This document shows, piece by piece, positions 8,821-17,782 of a DNA stretch of 50,382 bases. The translations under genes and the position numbers were made by a program. The notes below the pieces were generated by a model that made no database searches, was not told the DNA's origin, and was given only the letters and a program-made list of their open reading frames with translations. Each line of letters starts with the position of its first letter. Position 1 is the first letter of the stretch. The stretch comes from a virus (taxonomy: Duplodnaviria; Caudoviricetes), in IMG/VR virus record IMGVR_UViG_3300037634_004340, positions 1 to 50,382 of that record. The stretch is one strand, 5' to 3'.

Positions 8821-11097
8821 ACTATTTTTAAAACTTTGTAGAATGTTGCCTGCTTGTTGGTTTTTTGAATCAGCATTATTCTTTAAAACATTTCTAAGTA
8901 GCTTCTGCTGACCTTCTGTCTCAACATATTGTTTATTAAGTCCAGATTTAACTTCTTCTTTCTTTTTATTTATTTCAACCTCAGCTTGCATAACCTTACT
9001 TTTAATACCAGCTTGTACAAGTTGTCTTTCAAGGGTTTCAATCGTGCCGTCCTTATCTTCGATCGCTTCAGAAAGTTGTTGAACTTGCCCCTGTAACTGT
9101 GCATACATTGATTTCCTTTGTACTATTTGTTCTTTATTACGAAGATCTGTTTCAGCCAATACAGCTATATCATCTACTACTCCTAAATTCATTAGTTGCT
9201 TTAATTCTTCTAAGTATGCCCATCTATTAACAGGCAATGTTGAACCTGATACTATTTTTATATCAAATTTTAATGCTGATATATCCATTGACTTACCAAT
9301 AGCTTCTCCCATATCATTATAGATAGGAATATTTACCTCTTGCTCTTGCCCTCGTTCTTGTAATGCGCTAGGTTGTATTAATCTAAACCTTTTATTAGCC
9401 GTGTAAGTAGCTTGAGCAAATTGCAATAATACTAGACCCATTCTTTTTAAAGCTGGCTCTATAGAAGTACTCATCCATTGTTTTATTCTTCTAGTTCCAT
9501 ATTCATCCATAGCTAACATACCACGATATGTTTCAGTAGCTCCACCAGAATCACCCATCATAGAACTATAAATACCAGCTAAGTATTCCATATCTCCTTT
9601 TCCTTCTTGGACTATCTGAAAGAAAGCATTTGATAAAGGTGCTGGCATTACAGGAGTAGGTCTTTCACCACCAGCTCTAACAGGAAGTAAGGCTCCCGGG
9701 CTAGAGGAATACTTTTCCCAATTAGCAGCATCTATAGACCCTTCTTCATACATCCATCTTAATGAAGAACCTAATGACGCATTATGCACCATTATTTGAT
9801 GAGATTTATTTATCTCTTGCTGTTTACCTATTAATGGCGATACAGCGCTAATTGGAAATGGTGTTCCTGTCCATTTAAAATGAAATGGTATTACAGGATA
9901 TTCAGTTATAGTATCTGGAAGCATAGCTTCATATAATAATTTATCACCTACTACGCAAGTTTGTTTAATCCTTGTATTGTAGAACTGAACTTGCTCTACT
10001 ATATTTTTAGCAAATTCTTGATTTTTAATTAATTCTTTAAATTCCTTTTCAGTAACAACTTGATTTTCTACTTTAGAAGCTTCTGCTTGAAGTTTACTCA
10101 TACATTCTTGCTGATATGCTTTTAATTGCTGTTCTTGCATATCTTGAGCTTTTTTCATTTCAAGCTCATATCTTTCAGGTAACATTCCTCCAGTTTGGAC
10201 AGCTTCTTGCATTTGTTTCTGCTGTTCTAATAATTCAACTTCCATCTCCATTTTCATTTCTTTAATCATTACATCGCATTGCTCTTTTAATGCTCGTAAT
10301 GTTTTTTCATCAGGAGGAACTCTATAGAATACACTTATATAAGAAACTTTTACTTTTTCATATACTTCAAAAAACTCACATAACATATCCGTTTCGCCTT
10401 CTGCATCTAAAGTTTGACTAGTTGAAGTTGGATCATTATATATAAAAAGCTTCTGATTTGAATCGCCTGTTCTTCTTTGAGTATAGGTATTATTTGATTG
10501 CTGATCACTACTTGAGGCATTTATTTTTCTTTTATATTCAGGAAAGATCTTCATTAAATGATTTTTAGGAAGAACTTTTCTAATCATAATATATGCAGCA
10601 TCTGAAAATAACATGTCTCGAGATTTAGAATCTACATATAAGTCAAATGGTTCCGGTTGTTGTAATGTAACTTCTCCCATTCCATTATCAGCGTCTTTAT
10701 CTACAGTAATCATCATATATCCAACTCCTTTTGTAATAGAGTCGTTTATAGTATTATTGTAGAGAGTAGCTCCATTAGAAAGTCCCCAAATATAATCAGC
10801 TAAATCACTAAATACAGCTGCTACATCTGAATCACTACCATCTACACCTATAGCTTGCCACCTAGGATTGTTAGCTGTAGCATAAAAGTTTAACATTTCT
10901 ACAACAGGTAATATCCTGTTTATAGTAAATGTTGGCATACCTTGATGTTCTAATGAATCTTTTTCATCTTTTGTTAATTGTTCGTCATGTGCAAATTCGT
11001 ATCCCTTTTGATTAACTCTTTGCCATTGTTGTCTACTATATTCATTAGACATTTGATAGAGTTGTTTTATTTGAGATACTCTATTTAATTTAGCCAT
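8794..11097 (-). CDS. Portal protein (P22/crAss-like podovirus type)
   Basis: 767 aa directly after TerL; PTFTINRILPVV, DSITKGVGY, YPVIPF, QQEINK motifs; coiled-coil C-terminal barrel. Confidence 0.88.
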   Translation of the reverse strand: MAKLNRVSQIKQLYQMSNEYSRQQWQRVNQKGYEFAHDEQLTKDEKDSLEHQGMPTFTINRILPVVEMLNFYATANNPRWQAIGVDGSDSDVAAVFSDLADYIWGLSNGATLYNNTINDSITKGVGYMMITVDKDADNGMGEVTLQQPEPFDLYVDSKSRDMLFSDAAYIMIRKVLPKNHLMKIFPEYKRKINASSSDQQSNNTYTQRRTGDSNQKLFIYNDPTSTSQTLDAEGETDMLCEFFEVYEKVKVSYISVFYRVPPDEKTLRALKEQCDVMIKEMKMEMEVELLEQQKQMQEAVQTGGMLPERYELEMKKAQDMQEQQLKAYQQECMSKLQAEASKVENQVVTEKEFKELIKNQEFAKNIVEQVQFYNTRIKQTCVVGDKLLYEAMLPDTITEYPVIPFHFKWTGTPFPISAVSPLIGKQQEINKSHQIMVHNASLGSSLRWMYEEGSIDAANWEKYSSSPGALLPVRAGGERPTPVMPAPLSNAFFQIVQEGKGDMEYLAGIYSSMMGDSGGATETYRGMLAMDEYGTRRIKQWMSTSIEPALKRMGLVLLQFAQATYTANKRFRLIQPSALQERGQEQEVNIPIYNDMGEAIGKSMDISALKFDIKIVSGSTLPVNRWAYLEELKQLMNLGVVDDIAVLAETDLRNKEQIVQRKSMYAQLQGQVQQLSEAIEDKDGTIETLERQLVQAGIKSKVMQAEVEINKKKEEVKSGLNKQYVETEGQQKLLRNVLKNNADSKNQQAGNILQSFKNSLESNKNDS

Positions 11098-11131
11098 TAA
11101 AATCCCTTTGTGCTTTTTTATTCATTTCCCA

Positions 11132-12685
11132 TTATGCTGTTACCCAGCTTTTTGCTTTAGGTTTAGCTTTAGACCATTTACCTTTAGCCTCAGATAGACC
11201 TGTTGGAGGATGTGAATGTTTACAGGCATATGCCAAAGCATCAATCGTATCATCATGAGACATTCTGGGTCCAAATGTAGTTATCTCTCTATCTAAATCA
11301 TAGTGTGTTTTTTTAATATGTACTTGGCCTACTGCAAATCTTTGTGCGAGAATTTCTTGTATCCTATCTCTTTTAGACATCCTATTGCCAGGTTTCTCTT
11401 CTTTAAATGGAATAATAAATTCATTCCTTCGTCTCATCTCTGCTCTAATAGCTTGAAATACAGGTTTAGACATAGAAGTGTCTTCAATAGTAAATAGAGA
11501 TGGTTTATAAAATTTAGCATAATCAAACAAATAATCTACTATTCCTTTCTTATCTGTACCTGGAATACCTATAACAGGTAAAGATCTGTTCCTGACATAA
11601 TCTAAAATATAAATATTATTATCTGGAGTTACAGCTATAGCCATAATAACACTAAAATCAGTATTACGTCTAGCTGAATCTGTAGCTGGATCAACTCCTA
11701 CAAATACATTACATGGTTTAGGATCATCTCCATCCGGTATAATAAATGTTAATTCTGAGTCAGGATCTTTTAAAAACTTACCATCCCAATATTTTATATG
11801 ATCTCTTGTAAATATAGAGTCTGCTTCATTCTGCACTTCCATCATATATTCTTGATAGAATTTCTGAGGAGTACCTGAATCAGTATAAAACTTTTTCTTT
11901 CTAGCCATTTCCTTATGCCCAAACCATGAAGGCCATAAAGTAGTTCCATCGTTTTGTAAAGCTTTATATGTTATAACATCCCAGGAATAATCTTCTCCCT
12001 TCCTTGTAGCTTGATCATATCCTACGAGTATTCTTTGTATAAAAGCATCATAATGTACTGGAGTTCCATTTATTCTTAATCTTCCAGATCCAGGTTCTAA
12101 TGCCGGGAATACTACAGCTGTTACTAAGTTTGATATTTTATTTCTAGATTCAGGAGTTATAGTATTATTCTCGTCTTCAAAGTCATCTAGTACAATAAGA
12201 TCATATCTTTTATGTAGTTTAGCTCCGCCTCTAATACCTGATAAGTTTGATTTTGATATTAATTTACATCTATTTTTTAATTCTATATCATCCTCTGTCC
12301 ACTTCTTTCCTCGTAGATCTCCAAAGTAATATCTTAATTTTTCATTAAATTCTAAGTGGTATTTTATATAATCTAAGTTAGGTACGGATATTTTAGAACT
12401 TGCGGCTACCCATCCATAAAAGAGGGGTTCTGTAGTAAAACAGAAATCATGTAGTATATTGCACTTAGTTAAAACCGTCTTACCATGACCCCTAGGTAAT
12501 ATAATAGCTAATTGTCTTTTATTTAAATCCATTAAAGAATCAGCTACTTCATAATGGAAAAAGGGTGTTTCTGAACGCATAAAATCTTCATGAAGAAATA
12601 ACTTTCCAAAAGCTATTAGATCTTTATTAGCTAATTGAAGTTGTTCTTCCATCTGATTGACGTTATGAAGATTTATATTAGACAT
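11132..12685 (-). CDS. terL: Terminase large subunit
   Basis: Walker A PRGHGKT, Walker B LIVLDDFE, GTP motif III, FYQEY, RNase H-like VGVDPA and HDDTIDALAYA. Confidence 0.95.
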   Translation of the reverse strand: MSNINLHNVNQMEEQLQLANKDLIAFGKLFLHEDFMRSETPFFHYEVADSLMDLNKRQLAIILPRGHGKTVLTKCNILHDFCFTTEPLFYGWVAASSKISVPNLDYIKYHLEFNEKLRYYFGDLRGKKWTEDDIELKNRCKLISKSNLSGIRGGAKLHKRYDLIVLDDFEDENNTITPESRNKISNLVTAVVFPALEPGSGRLRINGTPVHYDAFIQRILVGYDQATRKGEDYSWDVITYKALQNDGTTLWPSWFGHKEMARKKKFYTDSGTPQKFYQEYMMEVQNEADSIFTRDHIKYWDGKFLKDPDSELTFIIPDGDDPKPCNVFVGVDPATDSARRNTDFSVIMAIAVTPDNNIYILDYVRNRSLPVIGIPGTDKKGIVDYLFDYAKFYKPSLFTIEDTSMSKPVFQAIRAEMRRRNEFIIPFKEEKPGNRMSKRDRIQEILAQRFAVGQVHIKKTHYDLDREITTFGPRMSHDDTIDALAYACKHSHPPTGLSEAKGKWSKAKPKAKSWVTA

Positions 12686-12709
12686 TTATTACGCATATTA
12701 TTATTTTTT

Positions 12710-13525
12710 TTATTCTACTGTTTGTAATAATTCATATAATGATTTTTCATTTGTACTTGTCATATATTCTTCTAATAATGGCTGTACTACTTTATGGGCA
12801 TAATATTCCTCAGTTCCAAGTTTATCATAAGCCCCGTGTTGAAGATGAGTCTTATATTTTTCTGATACTGGTAAAAGTCCTGTAATTATATCTACAATCT
12901 CACCTGTATAGTAAGGCATATTTTTCCATTGTCTCTTCCAAAAACTCTTATCCTTATTTGTAAAGGATAATGAATGTCCTGCTTCTGCTATAAAACTATT
13001 TATAAGATTATCTTTTTTTCGTTTTTTACTATAAGGAGTATCACTAGATTCTATTAAATTAGCCTTATGAACATTTATCCCATGTTTTATTGGACTGTAA
13101 GAAGCGTAAGCACCTGTTGTATGCTTTCCAGCTTCTAAATTAATATAAGGTTGTTTAGATTCATTCCAGATATTAGCAAGTTTTATTAAATGGGTAATAT
13201 TTACTGGATCTGTGTTATGAGTTCTTTTATTCCAATAGTCCGTATCAGGGCCTAGTGTAGGGTATGATGTCCCCTTTATCATTCGCCCCTTTTCATTTCT
13301 CCCAGATAAAGTTTCATCATAAGTAGCATCCTCAAATAAAGTAAGGGTATTATCCCGACTATAGCCTTCTTCCCATGATAAACCTTCCTTAAGGTTTATA
13401 TTCTCAGATAAATCTGTATCCCAAGCTCTAGACTCAGCTTTAGTTAAATTATCTATATCGTTAAGTACATCTAATGCATCTATGAATTTTGAAAAACTTT
13501 CTGTTCTTTCTTTTTTAGGAGGCAT
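12710..13525 (-). CDS. Hypothetical protein, possibly a degenerate zincin-like peptidase
   Basis: FIAEAGHS followed by a distal EYYAH resembles HExxH...E but lacks the first His. Confidence 0.35.
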   Translation of the reverse strand: MPPKKERTESFSKFIDALDVLNDIDNLTKAESRAWDTDLSENINLKEGLSWEEGYSRDNTLTLFEDATYDETLSGRNEKGRMIKGTSYPTLGPDTDYWNKRTHNTDPVNITHLIKLANIWNESKQPYINLEAGKHTTGAYASYSPIKHGINVHKANLIESSDTPYSKKRKKDNLINSFIAEAGHSLSFTNKDKSFWKRQWKNMPYYTGEIVDIITGLLPVSEKYKTHLQHGAYDKLGTEEYYAHKVVQPLLEEYMTSTNEKSLYELLQTVE

Positions 13526-13878
13526 TAGTCGCTAAAATCAAATATATCTTTAAATTTATTCTTTACACTATGCCACATCTTTTCACTGTGTGTATTTATC
13601 TCCCATCTGCGTATTGCACCTTGTATTTTATCAGATTCTATCTTTATATGTCCATCAGGATAATATACATCTGCAGAGTCTAGATATTCCATACTTAATA
13701 ACCGTAAAGCCGCTGCTTCGTTAGGATCCCACATAGTATGATTCTGTTGAGCATGTGTAAATATATCTTGGTCTGCTTGATTCCAATTCACATCATCTCC
13801 TGCACCTTCAGGCTTCTTTTTAGAGTAGTAAGCTCTACCTCCTAAAAAACCACTCCTTGGTTCTTTTTCATCAGACAT
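13525..13878 (-). CDS. Hypothetical protein
   Basis: 117-aa ORF with TAATG coupling on both sides. Confidence 0.6.
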   Translation of the reverse strand: MSDEKEPRSGFLGGRAYYSKKKPEGAGDDVNWNQADQDIFTHAQQNHTMWDPNEAAALRLLSMEYLDSADVYYPDGHIKIESDKIQGAIRRWEINTHSEKMWHSVKNKFKDIFDFSD

Positions 13879-14315
13879 TATTCGTAATCTCTAGAAAGAA
13901 TATCATCCCGAAGAGCATTATATTCCTTATGTTGTTTCGAAATATCTTCTCCTTCTTTGTAATGAGATTGCCCAAATCTCACTTTTTCTAAGTCAAATAA
14001 TCGATTTAATTCATCAGGCGTTACCCCATATTTATTCTTAGTTCCCCAGTTCAAATTGCTCATTACTTTGTCTCGCACACTTTCTCCTTGGGTTTTTCTA
14101 TACCAACTGTCTACATCATCGATATTAGAACCAACTCCAGGATTTGCTTTCCTAAATTTCTGAATAGTATGTTCTAAATCTCTTTTTGGCTCTAGGAGTC
14201 CTTCTAACCAATCATTTCTAGTTTCCCAATCATCTTTTTTAAACATTCCAGCAGTAGGATCTGCTGTAGCAGCATTCATGTTATTAAAAGCTGCTGAATC
14301 AATATTATCTGCCAT
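13878..14315 (-). CDS. Hypothetical protein (N-terminus shared with the toxin at 32218-32874)
   Basis: 145 aa, AAGGAG RBS, begins MADNIDSAAFNNM. Confidence 0.6.
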   Translation of the reverse strand: MADNIDSAAFNNMNAATADPTAGMFKKDDWETRNDWLEGLLEPKRDLEHTIQKFRKANPGVGSNIDDVDSWYRKTQGESVRDKVMSNLNWGTKNKYGVTPDELNRLFDLEKVRFGQSHYKEGEDISKQHKEYNALRDDILSRDYE

Positions 14316-15045
14316 TGCTTATCTCCTTTGGCCTTTCAGCCTCTTGTAACGCATCTTTACTAAAGCCTTGGAAGACAGCTCCTGTAAGTTGCGTTGTTTG
14401 TGTTTTACTCTTATCTTCCATATCCATAATGTCCGATAATTTAAATAAAGCTTTTAATTTAGATTCTTCTTTACTATCTTCTGAATCTATTACACCCTTT
14501 ATGTTTCTAAGGATATATGTCTCGTCTATACCTAATTCTTCCATGTAAGGAATTAATTCTTCTTTCATAGCTGTTTTTATCCTTGTAGTCTTTATTAACT
14601 GACCAGCTCTATAGTTAGCATAATGAGGGTTATTTGTAGGGAAAGCTTTTAAATAAGCCTTCATAGGATCTTCTCCTCTACTAACTAGCTGTACAAATAA
14701 CTCTTCTTTATTAGAGAGTTTTTCTCTGTCATGTAAGCGCTCATTACGCCCTATATCTCCTCCAAATGAGTATATATTAACTCTTTTAGAAGTATCCATT
14801 AAAGTTTTATCTGCCACTATAAAAGTGCCTGTACATGTCCCTAAATACCGGCGTTCTTTAATCTTGCCCTTAGGTTGGAACATCTTCCCTTCCCTAAGTA
14901 TTTGTATATAACAGTCATCATCAGCTTTTACCCAGTCGCCTATACTGGCCGCTTTCCAATCCTGAAGACAGTCAAGCCCCCGAGGTAACTCGTCTTCAGA
15001 ATCAAATACCGTATGTTCTACTTTATTTACTTTGTAATGCCTCAT
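14305..15045 (-). CDS. terS: Probable terminase small subunit with an N-terminal extension
   Basis: C-terminal half KEELFVQL...MKAYLKAF...AGQLI...LGIDETYIL...KLKALFKL follows the HTH plus oligomerisation-helix pattern of TerS; upstream of TerL. Confidence 0.65.
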   Translation of the reverse strand: MRHYKVNKVEHTVFDSEDELPRGLDCLQDWKAASIGDWVKADDDCYIQILREGKMFQPKGKIKERRYLGTCTGTFIVADKTLMDTSKRVNIYSFGGDIGRNERLHDREKLSNKEELFVQLVSRGEDPMKAYLKAFPTNNPHYANYRAGQLIKTTRIKTAMKEELIPYMEELGIDETYILRNIKGVIDSEDSKEESKLKALFKLSDIMDMEDKSKTQTTQLTGAVFQGFSKDALQEAERPKEISNGR

Positions 15046-15245
15046 TAAGCTACTCCAATTACATCACTCATTACATATTTAGCTAACTCTTGTGGCAATT
15101 CAATATCTAAATCTTCAACAGTAAATAATATCACTTCATCTCCTTCGTCAAGTACTTCTATATCTGTTACAGCGCCAGTTTTAGTATTAAATCTTAATGC
15201 TAATATTAGCTCTTTTTCCATATTTACTCCAAATCTTAATTTCAT
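15045..15245 (-). CDS. Small hypothetical protein
   Basis: 66-aa acidic ORF, TAATG-coupled to TerS. Confidence 0.55.
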   Translation of the reverse strand: MKLRFGVNMEKELILALRFNTKTGAVTDIEVLDEGDEVILFTVEDLDIELPQELAKYVMSDVIGVA

Positions 15246-15259
15246 CGGGATACAGTTCT

Positions 15260-15480
15260 CCCCTGAGCACTAAAGTACTTTTTAAAAAATTTTAATTTTA
15301 AATTTCACTTAAGGCCAGTAATAGCTCCCATACCTTTAGCTTATAATAAAACAATTTTTACTGGTTATCGGAGAAAACTCAGTCTACTATTTTGAAGACC
15401 TACAATCCGACTTCTGACCCATTTAGCAGAACCATCTCAGGGGTACTAACTGGGTGATAACTAAATAATAGTTACCAGTG
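15260..15480 (-). ncRNA. Structured leader RNA of the packaging operon (candidate)
   Basis: Long-range CCCCTGAG/CTCAGGGG and ACTGGT/ACCAGT pairings that cross each other, plus internal hairpins; begins just after a promoter-like site. Confidence 0.4.
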
Positions 15481-15485
15481 GGAAT

Positions 15486-15514
15486 AATATACAATGACTT
15501 CTATATTTTAACAA
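15486..15514 (-). promoter_or_regulatory. Putative leftward promoter
   Basis: TTGTTA-N17-TATATT on the minus strand at the start of the structural operon. Confidence 0.55.
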
Positions 15515-15630
15515 AGGTTTTAAAAATAGGAGGATTTTGGTGTATAGAGTTATTATTTACCCTACCCCCCTATCGGGGGGATTATGATATATATAATTAA
15601 GTTATTTTTGATTTCATTTTTATTGTTTTT

Positions 15631-15894
15631 ATGTATAATTATGGAGTTTATATGGCAATAGTCATTGATTGGGCTGAACGTTTTATGAGTCTTGTAGATT
15701 TATATCATGATCAGCATAATGCAGCACCACAGTATAGTTATAAGAGTAGAATAACTAAGACCAAAGTCTTAAGTAAGTACAGTATTAAGATGGAGTTCAT
15801 AGATAATCTAACAGAGATGGCTATACTATGTGATGATCAAGCAGTAAATGATAAGATAGACAAACTCATTCAAAAGTATGAGAAGCAACGTTAA
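15631..15894 (+). CDS. Hypothetical early protein (likely start 15652)
   Basis: First rightward ORF; GGAG RBS precedes the ATG at 15652. Confidence 0.55.
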   Translation: MYNYGVYMAIVIDWAERFMSLVDLYHDQHNAAPQYSYKSRITKTKVLSKYSIKMEFIDNLTEMAILCDDQAVNDKIDKLIQKYEKQR

Positions 15895-16057
15895 CCTTAA
15901 CCTGACCGAAATGTCATTAAACTATTTTTTCCTTATGTGTTTATGTATGTATTAGTACCAACATAGACCCAACATTGTATAAGTAATCTTAATTGGTTTA
16001 TGTTACTTGTATAATTTAGCCTGTCTTAAAGAACCCGATAGGAGTATTCCACCAAAA

Positions 16058-16105
16058 GCAAGATAAAGGTGTACATCTCACCCAAGAGGATAAAATGGGT
16101 CTTGC
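16058..16105 (+). ncRNA. Pseudoknotted RNA motif, copy 1
   Basis: GCAAGA/TCTTGC outer stem; inner hairpin with ACCCAA loop complementary to downstream TGGG; similar to 17241-17307. Confidence 0.45.
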
Positions 16106-16207
16106 AAAGATTTAATTTCTAAGGTAAAACCATTCAGACCTTTTGCAACAATGGACAACACTGATTATGTATTGCAAGGACATAATTAGATAGAAAGGAG
16201 CCTTGCT

Positions 16208-16261
16208 ACTCTTAATGCAGCCTGATGACGGTCACAAGCCCGTGTAATGCAGAGTGGGAGT
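16208..16261 (+). ncRNA. Twister self-cleaving ribozyme (P1 type)
   Basis: ACTCT-TAA-TGCA-GCC...ACGGTCACAAGCCCGT...TGCA-GA-GTG-GGAGT matches the twister consensus: UAA cleavage loop, P2 UGCA/UGCA, L4 UCACAAGC, and a T1 pseudoknot with a compensatory CAC/GUG. Confidence 0.85.
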
Positions 16262-16286
16262 TTATATTTAAATAAACGGAGGTATA

Positions 16287-16466
16287 GTGAAAAGAAAGAT
16301 ATTCTTTACACATTATAAACGGAGAACTGGATCTAGCAAGAATTGTAATAATGCTTGGGAACGAGTATTAATACGTGAGAAGGGTTCTAAAATTAGAGCT
16401 ATTAGAAAAGCATTGATAGCTATTCAAAATGTAGGTAAACAAAAACAATTATCTAAAGAGGTATAA
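16287..16466 (+). CDS. Small basic hypothetical protein (59 aa)
   Basis: GGAGGT RBS, GTG start, stop overlaps the next ATG (TAATG); below the ORF-track cutoff. Confidence 0.55.
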   Translation: MKRKIFFTHYKRRTGSSKNCNNAWERVLIREKGSKIRAIRKALIAIQNVGKQKQLSKEV

Positions 16467-16984
16467 TGACTATTTTAACCAATGGCGCAGTAGTAATTAA
16501 AGCTAAAGAACAATCTTTAGTATTTCCTGAAATTGTGCATGATGATCATAATATTTCATTCGATCATATGCATTTTATTCAAACTAATCCTGAATTACTA
16601 TTATTACCTGTAGGAACACGTATTGCTAAACTCTTCAAATTACCTGATGGTATGGAAAGAGTACAAAGTGCTTTATATGGTCCTAGTGCAGGTGATAAAC
16701 CTATTAAGGAAAGTGAAGTAATTTATGAAAAACGTGTAACATGTACTAAATGTCATTCAGCACGTCGAGGTTATAGCAGAATGGTAGATAAACCTACTAG
16801 GCCTGCTAATAACATTGTAGTTATTGGTATAATAGGTAAAGTAGCATTCACTATCTATGGTACTCAAGCCAATGCTGTTAGCCCTAAAGAACCATGGGAC
16901 AGTGGTTGTACTGATTCTGTTGAAGATTATGAATATTCAAAGAATTTTTGGGCAATACATGCTTTAAGTATGCATGAAAATTAA
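16466..16984 (+). CDS. Hypothetical phage protein
   Basis: 172 aa with motif-like LYGPSAGD, SRMV, TIYG, PKEPWD, FWAIHAL and a CTKC insert. Confidence 0.7.
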   Translation: MTILTNGAVVIKAKEQSLVFPEIVHDDHNISFDHMHFIQTNPELLLLPVGTRIAKLFKLPDGMERVQSALYGPSAGDKPIKESEVIYEKRVTCTKCHSARRGYSRMVDKPTRPANNIVVIGIIGKVAFTIYGTQANAVSPKEPWDSGCTDSVEDYEYSKNFWAIHALSMHEN

Positions 16985-17240
16985 ATCTTTCTTTAGGATA
17001 AATGAGACTACAGTGAGCTGTGTGCATGGCACTGACGCAATAATCAGTAGTATATTTAAAATAATTTATCTTTTAGGATTACAAATCAATAAGCTCTTTA
17101 AGAGGTTAGTCGACGCCTTGATGAGAGCTTAATGATTATGTTGCATAATGTCAAGTTTTGCAAACGCATGTTAATTAGAACACCTGCAGAAGGTAAGTAT
17201 AATTTATCGGGGGAGTGCGAGAATCTTTCCCACAATAAGT

Positions 17241-17307
17241 CCTCTTGCTTATAAAAGCGTATGCATCCTACCCAAGGGTCCTATGGTATAGTTGGGGTGG
17301 CGAGAGG
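17241..17307 (+). ncRNA. Pseudoknotted RNA motif, copy 2
   Basis: CCTCTTGC/GCGAGAGG outer stem; ATCCT-ACCCA-AGGGT hairpin whose loop pairs with downstream TGGG. Confidence 0.45.
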
Positions 17308-17688
17308 CAAGAATTGAGAGGTATGGAATATTGCCTATTAAGACTTCTATACAGTGATATATTCTCATAGAACAGTATAGAGCACCTCTCTTTTAGTTTA
17401 ATCGGACTGCGATTAATACGAGATGGATTATAAAAATGTGTTATTGCATTTTATTATTCTTCTTTTTTTGAAAAGTAGGGGTAGACTACACGGCAGGCCA
17501 AGGCTGAGCATGAACATACCCCGAAAATTTATAAATAGGCATAATTAGTATTGTCATTATATGTAGCGCATTGGTATCTCAATGAACATAATGTGAGCCA
17601 ATACATGAGAATTATGCCTAGAATTATTAAAATACAAAGTAGTTTTAACTACATTTTGTCCACTAATATATATAATAAACTGGACATA

Positions 17689-17724
17689 TTAGGTTACTTT
17701 TTAGGTTACTTTTTAGGTTACTTT
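17689..17724. repeat. Three perfect tandem 12-bp repeats TTAGGTTACTTT
   Basis: Read directly at 17689, 17701 and 17713. Confidence 0.95.
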
Positions 17725-17782
17725 TAGAACGTATCCTTTGGGAAAAACAATGAGCTAATGTAAGAGAATTGTGTCCAGATTT

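Noticed and set aside
16222-16229. Hammerhead core CTGATGA
   Set aside because: No matching GAAA or stems; it falls in the variable junction of the twister ribozyme
17689-17724. Mini CRISPR array or telomere-like TTAGG repeat
   Set aside because: Units are 12 bp, directly tandem without spacers, and internal to the sequence
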